Shown in pieces: positions 29,145-36,410 of a DNA stretch of 64,000 nt. The stretch comes from an uncultured Bacteroidales bacterium (GTDB lineage: Bacteria; Bacteroidota; Bacteroidia; Bacteroidales; Bacteroidaceae). The position numbers were made by a program, and so were the translations under genes. The stretch's first letter is position 1, and every line of letters begins with the position of its first letter. The stretch covers positions 14,747-78,746 of the forward strand of contig CACZCZ010000018.1 in NCBI GenBank assembly GCA_902779845.1. Direction: 5' to 3'. The notes under the pieces were generated by a model that did not search any database, was not told where the DNA came from, and worked only from the letters and a program-made list of their open reading frames with translations.

Positions 29145-29179
29145 CAAAGGTAATTATTGGTTGCGAACGCAATGTTCGC
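29145..29179 (-). promoter_or_regulatory. Promoter with operator palindrome (GCGAAC-N5-GTTCGC, 10-nt gap, TACCTTTG), likely autoregulatory
   Basis: The minus strand reads GCGAACATTGCGTTCGC-aaccaataat-TACCTTTG, 18 nt upstream of the WYL ATG. Confidence 0.6.
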
Positions 29180-29335
29180 ACACCTCAAAAATCCTTTAGA
29201 CAAGTTTTCTGGCCACAAAGATACAACTTATTTTGATTCACTGAGCAAAAAACCTCAAAAAAAAATTTTTCATAAGGCTTGTGAAGCAGAAAAGGAGCGA
29301 TGCCGCTCCTTTTCGTTTCGACTCTATGATGATTA

Positions 29336-29944
29336 TTATTTCTTTGTTCTATCAACAATTACCCAATGGCCACCAAAATCTGCGCCAGCACGACGAATCA
29401 GACTGTCGCGTTTAAGGGTCTCGATGCACCGCTGTATATAACTTGAAGCCTTTCCTGTTTCCTTTACCAACTCAGCTCTGGTTATTTTCGGATTCTTCTT
29501 TATGAGTTCATAAACTATATCTATGGTTGTCTGACCACCTGTCTGACCACCTGTCTGACCACCTGTCTGACCACCTATTTGACCACCTATTTGAGTACTA
29601 TTCACATTATTCCTCTTGAACGTTACTTTCACTCCGCCATAGGCCGACTCAATCTTGGGCATAGGCAATCCAGCACCCTCAAAGCCCTCACGAATTTTCT
29701 TATAGCCACGTCCCCAGGCATCAATGAATCCGGCTTTGAAAAAGGCATTGGCAATATTTCTGTTGCGGGGACGCGAGGCATGTTGTTGAAGCAACGTCTC
29801 TGGAGTAAAGCCAACGGGCAATTCGCCTTCGTTCCATATCTCACAATAGTCATCCCATACACGCATCTGGATGTGAGCTCCCGTGTAGTCTTTATGGATG
29901 ATAGCATTATATAGTATTTCACGCAAAGCCTCCTCAGGTTCCAT
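29336..29944 (-). CDS. Truncated paralogue of the upstream gene (HATPase_c_4-like domain + repeat linker + wHTH); possible gene remnant
   Basis: EALREILYNAIIHKDY starts the HATPase_c_4-like region, and no AlbA_2 N-terminus is present. Similarity seems to continue 5' of the ATG up to an in-frame stop. Contains the GGQIGGQTGGQTGGQTGGQT linker. Confidence 0.55.
   Translation of the reverse strand: MEPEEALREILYNAIIHKDYTGAHIQMRVWDDYCEIWNEGELPVGFTPETLLQQHASRPRNRNIANAFFKAGFIDAWGRGYKKIREGFEGAGLPMPKIESAYGGVKVTFKRNNVNSTQIGGQIGGQTGGQTGGQTGGQTTIDIVYELIKKNPKITRAELVKETGKASSYIQRCIETLKRDSLIRRAGADFGGHWVIVDRTKK
29529..29594. repeat. 12-nt in-frame tandem repeat (GTCTGACCACCT x4 plus 2 variants)
   Basis: Read directly. 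Encodes (GGQT/GGQI)n in the linker of the 202-aa ORF. Confidence 0.9.
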
Positions 29945-29980
29945 TCTGCGAGGAACCGATTATATAATGCTTTCGTCATT

Positions 29981-31600
29981 TCATGACTCTTTCTTTTTCT
30001 TCAAAACCATCCATTCGCCACCGAATGTGCCACCTATTCGCTCAATAACAAGGTTTTCTTTTAGTTCCTTCAGGTCACGCTTGATGGTCTTTTTATCAAC
30101 ATCGAGTTTTTCTGCCATTGTCTCTACGCTGACATGGGAATCAATAGAAATCATGCCAACGATGGCTTGTTGACGCCTTTTACGTTTACTGATAACGAGT
30201 TCTCTTTCAAACGGCTTTAACGAGAGTTCCTCGTCTGTCAGCTCATGGATGGAAGTTGGGGACATTTTGTCCTTGTTGGGGACATTATCGGGTTCTGTTG
30301 GGGACATTTGTCCTTCGTTGGGGACATTTTTACCTTCTGTTGGGGACATTTTCCCTGTCTCTGTGACATTTCCATAGACATTTTCGTCCTGATAGGTGAT
30401 AGAGAAGAGGAACTGGGAGCCACTGTTGATCTCGATTTTATAGTTTGGATAGTAGAGCGGTGCATAGCGTAGGATGTTGCGGGTACCGGAGCCCAAATCC
30501 TCTGCCCAGTTCAGTTCGTGGAACACACGCACTAATAGTGGATTCTTGGTGTAGTTGCTGAGTTGTTGGATGGTCAACTCTCCCTCGGGGATCTCAGGCA
30601 ACAAGCGCGTAGGATTCTTCGTCACAACACGGTCTTTGAACACGTGGAAGAAGCAGGCATAACCGCTACTGAAATCAGTATGAACACACATATTGCCAAC
30701 AATCTCTCGGAATAAGTCCCAACGCAGGTTCTGTCGCTGCATGGTGTTGGCTGGCAGATAGAACTTATCAGGCAGATAACGCTCTACAAAAGCTCCCAAT
30801 TGTTCATAGACCTGAATCAGGTTCTGACGAATGGTGCGACGGTCATCATAGCGGCTGGGGAACAGACTCATATCGTTGTATTGGGCGTATGTGCACATGT
30901 GGAATACGGCCTCGAAGCGGTAACGAGGCATAAACTCTGTGATGGCATCTTCTGTGCCAAAAAGTATCAGTGCCGCATATTTCAGTTGTAGCTTGCTTCC
31001 TTCCTGCTTGGCCAGATGTGCGCTGAGCAACATCTCTTCATTCGTCATCTGCAACCAGGCATGTGAGGGTTGTATTGTTGCCAAGATGTTGCGGCAATAC
31101 TGGAAAGTCTTAACATCCAGCTGTTCCATCGTCAGACCTTCCACGATTCGTTCCTCAAACAGATGTGGATTCTTTCTTTCGAAGATTGACAACAATAGTT
31201 CGGGCTGATCGGTCACATCGATGTCAGCATCATCGTTCCTGTCCCAATAGCGGCCTTTGAAGCGATAGACATACTGACCGCAGGGGATATCGAGTTGCAT
31301 TACAGTCTTGTCATCCATCTCCATGATACGAGGCGTGAAATAAGGGCAAGGAAGAAACAGTTCAGGATTGTTGATGCAGTTGATGATGTCAGCTTTCAAC
31401 TTCTCTGCCTTATCGGGATTCACACCAATAACAGTTCCGTCATTCTGCACTCCTACTAGGATCTGCCCTCCGGTATGGTTCAAGAAAGAACACACCGACT
31501 CATAGAGGGATTCCGAAATTTCCTCCGTACAGGTCTTGTATTCTATCTGAGTTCCTTCGCCCTCAAGTGTCAATGCTATAAATTTATCTATTACTTTCAT
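29981..31600 (-). CDS. AlbA_2 (Schlafen-like) + HATPase_c_4 + wHTH putative DNA-binding protein
   Basis: EGEGTQIEYKT...LNHTGGQILVGV AlbA_2-type N-terminus and a C-terminal KTIKRDLKELKENLVIERIG wHTH. Proteins of this family are often mis-annotated as RecG-like. Confidence 0.75.
   Translation of the reverse strand: MKVIDKFIALTLEGEGTQIEYKTCTEEISESLYESVCSFLNHTGGQILVGVQNDGTVIGVNPDKAEKLKADIINCINNPELFLPCPYFTPRIMEMDDKTVMQLDIPCGQYVYRFKGRYWDRNDDADIDVTDQPELLLSIFERKNPHLFEERIVEGLTMEQLDVKTFQYCRNILATIQPSHAWLQMTNEEMLLSAHLAKQEGSKLQLKYAALILFGTEDAITEFMPRYRFEAVFHMCTYAQYNDMSLFPSRYDDRRTIRQNLIQVYEQLGAFVERYLPDKFYLPANTMQRQNLRWDLFREIVGNMCVHTDFSSGYACFFHVFKDRVVTKNPTRLLPEIPEGELTIQQLSNYTKNPLLVRVFHELNWAEDLGSGTRNILRYAPLYYPNYKIEINSGSQFLFSITYQDENVYGNVTETGKMSPTEGKNVPNEGQMSPTEPDNVPNKDKMSPTSIHELTDEELSLKPFERELVISKRKRRQQAIVGMISIDSHVSVETMAEKLDVDKKTIKRDLKELKENLVIERIGGTFGGEWMVLKKKKES
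30255..30372. repeat. In-frame tandem repeat, GTTGGGGACATT core recurring every 20 or 22 nt (42-nt double unit)
   Basis: Cores at 30255, 30275, 30297, 30317 and 30339, plus a degenerate copy at 30363. Encodes KMSPTEGKNVPNEG / QMSPTEPDNVPNKD / KMSPTS. Confidence 0.9.
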
Positions 31601-31694
31601 AATGCTCTAATTGTTGTCTAATGATTTCTTTGATCTGCTCTCGTAAGAACTGAGGCTTCATGACTTCCAGGTTCTCGCCCAAGTGAAGGGGGAG

Positions 31695-32141
31695 TTAGTG
31701 TAGATGCCGCGCTATCTCCTTGCCCTTCTCCGTGGCCAGGTATTTCGGATTCGGCTTGATGCCCACGCGCCCCAGGTCCAGACGGTCGGCATCGAAGCAG
31801 GCATCGATGGTGGCATTGCCGGTCATGTGGGCCGTGGTGTGCAGGCGACAGGCGGTCTTCAGCAGCTCTATCTCCTCGTCTGACACCTCCGCCAGCAGGG
31901 TTGTGCGGATGGTGTCTATGAACTTGGCCGCGCGCGGTCCGTGTTCCAGGTCGCGGCCGTCATTCCTTCGGCAGCTGTCATGGAGATAGGCGAAGAGACC
32001 CACGACCAGCGCGTTCACCTGGGGTGTCAGCAACTTCTGCCCATTCGCATACACCCGGTCCCAATGCCTTATGCCATGCGTGGACCCCAACTCCCATCGG
32101 GCATCCACATAGCTCCTTACGTCAGCAATAATCTTATTCAT
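31695..32141 (-). CDS. HD-domain protein
   Basis: HGIRHWDRV...AYLHDSCRR gives an H...HD pattern. GC-rich, so it is the first core gene to the right of the island. Confidence 0.65.
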   Translation of the reverse strand: MNKIIADVRSYVDARWELGSTHGIRHWDRVYANGQKLLTPQVNALVVGLFAYLHDSCRRNDGRDLEHGPRAAKFIDTIRTTLLAEVSDEEIELLKTACRLHTTAHMTGNATIDACFDADRLDLGRVGIKPNPKYLATEKGKEIARHLH

Positions 32142-32173
32142 CGTCTGTACTGATTCGGTGTTCTAATTTTTCC

Positions 32174-33130
32174 TCAACGCGAGCCTTGAGAAAGTGAGGC
32201 GGCGAGGGTGGCGCTGATGTGGTTGCCAATCTGGCAGCAGACATCCTGACTCCAACGCTGCGCCATAGCGATGAGGGCGGATTGGGTGGCGCTGGATGAG
32301 GAGTGGGTGGCGCTGGAGGAGGATGATGCGGTGAGGGGTGCTGACTGCAGGGTGAGCTTCGCGTAGATGTAGCCGGCATTGAAGTTGTCGCCTGCGCCCA
32401 CGGTGCTGACGGTTTCCACGGGCTCCACGGGGAAGGTATAGCAGGCATCGGGGGTATAGACGCGGATGGGGCGTGCGCCGTCGGTGAGGATGAGTGTAGG
32501 ACAATGGCGACGCACACGCTCATAGACGGCATCGGCATCATGAAGACCGTAGAGGAACCCGAAATCTTCCATCGAGCCGCGCACGACATTGGCCAGGCTC
32601 ATGTTCTCCTCGATGTTGGCCATCACACGTGGCAGGTCGGCGATGTGGTTCTTGCGGAAGTTGACATCGTAGTAGAGCCATGCGCCAGCCTCGTGGGCGG
32701 CACGCAGCAAGGCACCTACGACGGGACGTATGGCGGGGTTGATGGCGAAGAAGGAACCGAAGAGCACTACGTCGTCCTTGCGGATTTCGGGCAGGGGGCC
32801 GTCGAGCGTCACGGAGGCGTGATCCTTATAGAAGATGTACTGCGCATCGTTGTTCTCGTCGAGGAAAGCCAACGAGATGTGCGACTTGATGTGCTCATGG
32901 CGGCATACGTAGTCCGTGGCTACGCCGTTGTCGCGCAGGAAGTTGCAGATGAGCTCGCCGATGTGGTCGCCGCCGACCTCCGTGAGCATCGCACACGGCA
33001 CGCCGGCGCGACCCAGCGAGATGATGCTGTTGAATGTTGAGCCGCCGGGTACGGCCTTCTGCGGCTGGTCGTCCTTGAAGAGGATGTCCATCACCGTCTC
33101 CCCGATTCCTATCACTCGTTGCATAGACAT
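32174..33130 (-). CDS. PfkB-family carbohydrate kinase (fructokinase-like)
   Basis: VIGIGETVMDILF...PGGSTFN N-terminus and a GAGDNFNAGYIY anion-hole motif. TATCTTTG box at 33143-33150 excludes the TTG start at 33145. Confidence 0.85.
   Translation of the reverse strand: MSMQRVIGIGETVMDILFKDDQPQKAVPGGSTFNSIISLGRAGVPCAMLTEVGGDHIGELICNFLRDNGVATDYVCRHEHIKSHISLAFLDENNDAQYIFYKDHASVTLDGPLPEIRKDDVVLFGSFFAINPAIRPVVGALLRAAHEAGAWLYYDVNFRKNHIADLPRVMANIEENMSLANVVRGSMEDFGFLYGLHDADAVYERVRRHCPTLILTDGARPIRVYTPDACYTFPVEPVETVSTVGAGDNFNAGYIYAKLTLQSAPLTASSSSSATHSSSSATQSALIAMAQRWSQDVCCQIGNHISATLAASLSQGSR
32284..32325. repeat. 21-nt tandem duplication inside the kinase gene
   Basis: GGGTGGCGCTGGAtgaggagt followed by GGGTGGCGCTGGAggaggatg. 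Encodes SSSSATH/SSSSATQ. Confidence 0.8.
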
Positions 33131-33142
33131 AGATTGTTTTTG

Positions 33143-33150
33143 CAAAGATA
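33143..33150 (-). promoter_or_regulatory. Bacteroidota -7 promoter box TATCTTTG (fructokinase)
   Basis: TAnnTTTG match 13 nt upstream of the ATG at 33130. Confidence 0.5.
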
Positions 33151-33371
33151 GCTTGTTTCAATGAGCGGGCAAAGAAAAAGCGTGAAAAGTTGGTTCGGAG
33201 GGCGCTAAAAAGTTGGTTCGAAGGACCCTGTTGCATAAGGTTCTCGCGCGTACGCGAGTGAATTTTGCTCAAAAAAACCTACATACCTACACCCGTGACA
33301 AATAATCATCAGTAAATAAGGCGGATAAGTAGGTGTAGGCCTTCCAGCCATAAGAACATGCTCTTAGAGTT

Positions 33372-33455
33372 TTTCTCACCTGTGAGAAACATTTTTCTCA
33401 CTTGTGAGAAAATGTTTTATCACGTGTGAGAAAATGTTTTATCACTTGTGAGAAA
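33372..33455. repeat. Four 18-bp palindromes (TTTCTCAC-NN-GTGAGAAA) at an exact 22-bp period
   Basis: Sites at 33372-33389, 33394-33411, 33416-33433 and 33438-33455. The first two are perfect. The last two have TTTATCAC left arms. Confidence 0.9.
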
Positions 33456-33527
33456 AACAATCACGCCTTAGGCTTGGCGCCTGAAGCATAGGAGGCTCTT
33501 GCCTGAACATCATCAACGGCAGGAAGG

Positions 33528-34592
33528 TTATTTGTAGATGAAATCAACCTTCTCGACCCCGTTGCCGTAGATGGTTTTGAAATCATCGCGCATCGAAATG
33601 ACGTAGTAGCCTGCCTCACGCCACTGGACAGCGAGCGCAAGGGCTTTCTCACGGTTGGCGTGGTCGCGGGCCTCATCGTCGGCAATGAGCATGAAGGCTG
33701 CCGAACGGAGGGGATTAGCAAGACAGTAGTTGTGCATGGCACAGTCGCCGCCGCTGTTGCCGAAGGAGAGGACAGGCACCTTGCCTATCTCCTGGGCTAT
33801 CTGCAACACCTTGTTGGTCTTCAGGTTCTTGATGATGAGTTCATCGGTGCGGACAAGGTTTTCGTCGGTGCCCATGGTGTAATCGACACCGGGTTCATCG
33901 CCCTGCTTGCTGGAGCGCAGCACCACGTCCATCCCGATGACGTGCTCGGGAGCAATGCCGAGGGACTGCACCAGGGAGCGGCAGAGAAGACGGTCGGAAC
34001 CGGAGACGACGTAGAAGGTGAAGCCGTGGGCCGTGAGGTAGTCGAAGACCTGAAGCATGGGCTTGTAGAAGCTCTCGCCATAGGTCATGCCACGGAAGCC
34101 GTTGACGGGCTTGGCTGCATAGGCCTTGACATAGGCATCGAACTCGGCCAGCGTCATTCCGGCGTATGCCTTGGCAGCCGCACGGGCGTGGATCATATCA
34201 AAATGGTCGGGCAGCTTGGTGCCGTTGCGGACGAAGTCGCGGATCTGCTGTGCGGCCTGACGTACGTCGGCGGGGGCGATGTCCTTGTAGGCGGGGTCGT
34301 CAAGGACACGGTACTCCAGCAGGTTGTACTCGAAATAGGTGGGATAGAGTTCGCCGATGAATGTGCCGTCCATGTCGAAGGTGGCGATGCGGTCCTGCAC
34401 GGGGATGAAGTTCTCGGAGGTGGAGTCTGTGACGTCGGCCACATAGTCCTGCAGGGCGGTCAGCGCATGGCAGGTGTTCCACAGCGTGAAACAGGTGTTG
34501 TCAGAGGTCATCGTAGCCCCATCGTCAGCCTTACTGCTGCTGCAGAGGATGCCGATGAAGAGCACGACGAGCGGAAAGAGTATTTTCTTCAT
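33528..34592 (-). CDS. Secreted HAD-superfamily hydrolase
   Basis: Signal peptide MKKILFPLVVLFIGILCSS and DxDxT motif FDMDGTF. Confidence 0.7.
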   Translation of the reverse strand: MKKILFPLVVLFIGILCSSSKADDGATMTSDNTCFTLWNTCHALTALQDYVADVTDSTSENFIPVQDRIATFDMDGTFIGELYPTYFEYNLLEYRVLDDPAYKDIAPADVRQAAQQIRDFVRNGTKLPDHFDMIHARAAAKAYAGMTLAEFDAYVKAYAAKPVNGFRGMTYGESFYKPMLQVFDYLTAHGFTFYVVSGSDRLLCRSLVQSLGIAPEHVIGMDVVLRSSKQGDEPGVDYTMGTDENLVRTDELIIKNLKTNKVLQIAQEIGKVPVLSFGNSGGDCAMHNYCLANPLRSAAFMLIADDEARDHANREKALALAVQWREAGYYVISMRDDFKTIYGNGVEKVDFIYK

Positions 34593-34707
34593 GTCTTTTT
34601 CTTTTTAATGGGTGGATGAAGGATGTATTTTGGGTGCAAAATTACACATTATATTGAAGATAGGCATATTTCATTTGAAAATGTTTGGTCAAATGCAGAA
34701 ATAAAAC

Positions 34708-34715
34708 TACTTTTG
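34708..34715 (+). promoter_or_regulatory. -7 promoter box TACTTTTG (FGGY kinase)
   Basis: TAnnTTTG match 30 nt upstream of the ATG at 34745. Confidence 0.5.
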
Positions 34716-34744
34716 CCGTGCAAACCCCTTAAAAATTAACTATA

Positions 34745-36337
34745 ATGACAGCAAAACAAACCATCGAGGCCGGAAAGGCCATTTTGGGTATCGAGTTCGG
34801 CTCGACCCGCATCAAGGCAGTGCTCATCGATCCTGAGAACAAGCCCATCGCACAGGGTTCTCACACATGGGAGAACCAGCTCGTGGATGGGCTGTGGACC
34901 TACAGCACAGAGGCTATCTGGTATGGCCTGCAGGACTGCTATGCCGACCTGCGCAAGAGTGTGCTGAAGGAGTATGACTGCGAGATCGAGACGCTGGCCG
35001 GCATCGGCTTCTCGGCAATGATGCACGGCTACATGCCTTTCAACGCCAATGGCGAGATCATGGTTCCGTTCCGCACATGGCGCAACACCAACACGGGCAA
35101 GGCTGCCGCAGAGCTCTCGGAGCTCTTCAACTACAACATTCCCCTTCGCTGGAGCATCAGCCACCTCTACGAGGCTATCCTCGACAACGAGGAGCACGTG
35201 GGTGACATCAAGTTCCTGACCACACTGGCCGGCTACGTTCACTGGCAGGTGACGGGTCAGAAGGTGCTGGGCGTGGGCGATGCCAGCGGCATGATCCCCG
35301 TGGATCCCTTCACGAAGACCTACGATGCCACGATGGTTGCTAAGTTCGATAAGCTCATTGAGCCGCGCGGCTTCTCATGGAAGCTGCTGGACATCCTGCC
35401 CAAGGTGCTCGTGGCTGGCGAGAACGCAGGCTTCCTGACGCCCGAGGGTGCCATGAAGCTCGACGTCAGCGGCCACCTGAAGGCCGGCATCCCCGTATGT
35501 CCTCCCGAGGGCGACGCCGGCACCGGCATGGTAGCCACGAACGCCGTACGTCAGCGCACGGGTAATGTCAGCGCCGGCACCAGTTCCTTCTCCATGATTG
35601 TGCTGGAGAAGCCGCTCACGAAGCCCTATGAGGTGCTCGACATGGTGACGACGCCCGACGGCAGCCTCGTGGCTATGGTACACTGCAACAACTGCACCAG
35701 CGAAATCAACGCCTGGGTGAAGATGTTCAAGGAGTACCAGGAGCTGCTGGGTGTGAAGCAGAACACCATGGACCTCTACTCCACCCTCTTCAACGTGGCC
35801 CTCACGGGCGATGCCGACTGCGGCGGCCTGATGGCCTACAACTACATCTCGGGTGAGCCTGTCACGGGTCTGATGGACGGTCGTCCCCTCTTCGTGCGCT
35901 CTGCCAACGACAAGTTCTCGCTCGCCAACTTCATGCGTGCACAGCTCTACGGCGCCATCGGCGTGCTGAAGATCGGCAACGACATCCTGTTCAACGAGGA
36001 GAAGGTGCAGGTGGATCGCATCATGGGTCACGGCGGCTACTTCACCACGCCGAAGGTGGGTCAGCGCATGCTCGCTGCCGCCCTCAACAGCCCCATCAGC
36101 GTGATGGAGACCGCTGGCGAAGGCGGCGCATGGGGTATTGCCCTGCTGGCCGGCTTCATGGTGAACAACGCCCAGGGCCTCACGCTCCCCGACTATCTCG
36201 ACCAGGTTGTCTTCGCCGGCAACACGGGTGTCGAGGTGGCTCCCACCAAGGAGGATGTCGAGGGCTTCAACCGCTACATCGAGAACTACAAGCAGAGCTT
36301 GCCCATCGAACAGGCTGCCGTGAAGTACAAGAAGTAA
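34745..36337 (+). CDS. FGGY-family carbohydrate kinase (ribulokinase/xylulokinase-like)
   Basis: ILGIEFGSTRIKAVLID N-terminal ATPase motif. 530 aa with actin-fold kinase organisation. Confidence 0.8.
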   Translation: MTAKQTIEAGKAILGIEFGSTRIKAVLIDPENKPIAQGSHTWENQLVDGLWTYSTEAIWYGLQDCYADLRKSVLKEYDCEIETLAGIGFSAMMHGYMPFNANGEIMVPFRTWRNTNTGKAAAELSELFNYNIPLRWSISHLYEAILDNEEHVGDIKFLTTLAGYVHWQVTGQKVLGVGDASGMIPVDPFTKTYDATMVAKFDKLIEPRGFSWKLLDILPKVLVAGENAGFLTPEGAMKLDVSGHLKAGIPVCPPEGDAGTGMVATNAVRQRTGNVSAGTSSFSMIVLEKPLTKPYEVLDMVTTPDGSLVAMVHCNNCTSEINAWVKMFKEYQELLGVKQNTMDLYSTLFNVALTGDADCGGLMAYNYISGEPVTGLMDGRPLFVRSANDKFSLANFMRAQLYGAIGVLKIGNDILFNEEKVQVDRIMGHGGYFTTPKVGQRMLAAALNSPISVMETAGEGGAWGIALLAGFMVNNAQGLTLPDYLDQVVFAGNTGVEVAPTKEDVEGFNRYIENYKQSLPIEQAAVKYKK

Positions 36338-36410
36338 GCAATCGCATCCGCGTATCAACAATGAAGGCGTGCCCGCAGCGGGCACGCCTTCGTTGTTTTT
36401 CATTGTTTGT

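Larger units (their letters stand above)
23550..31680. other. AT-rich genomic island (putative defence island); no integrase or att sites recognised
   Basis: Composition shifts abruptly from GC-rich flanks (fbp on the left, HD-domain gene on the right) to AT-rich sequence. All eight ORFs are on the minus strand. Contents are a retron RT, a WYL regulator and AlbA_2/HATPase_c_4 proteins. Confidence 0.7.

Noticed and set aside
29529-30372. Tandem repeats in the island (12-nt and 20/22-nt units) as possible CRISPR or intergenic arrays.
   Set aside because: Both lie inside ORFs, keep the reading frame and encode peptide repeats, so they are linker repeats and not CRISPR.
31601-31697. An open frame continues after the HD-domain gene stop (LPLHLGENLEVMKPQFLREQIKEIIRQQLEHYESNR) and overlaps the start of the AlbA_2 gene. 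It could be a small gene or a read-through extension.
   Set aside because: It is only about 35 codons, straddles the composition boundary of the island and has no promoter box or motif. It is most likely junction sequence. It may mark the island end, but I cannot support a gene call.
33372-33455. Regularly spaced 22-bp repeats could be a mini-CRISPR array.
   Set aside because: The units are contiguous with no unique spacers, each unit is itself a palindrome, and no cas genes are nearby.
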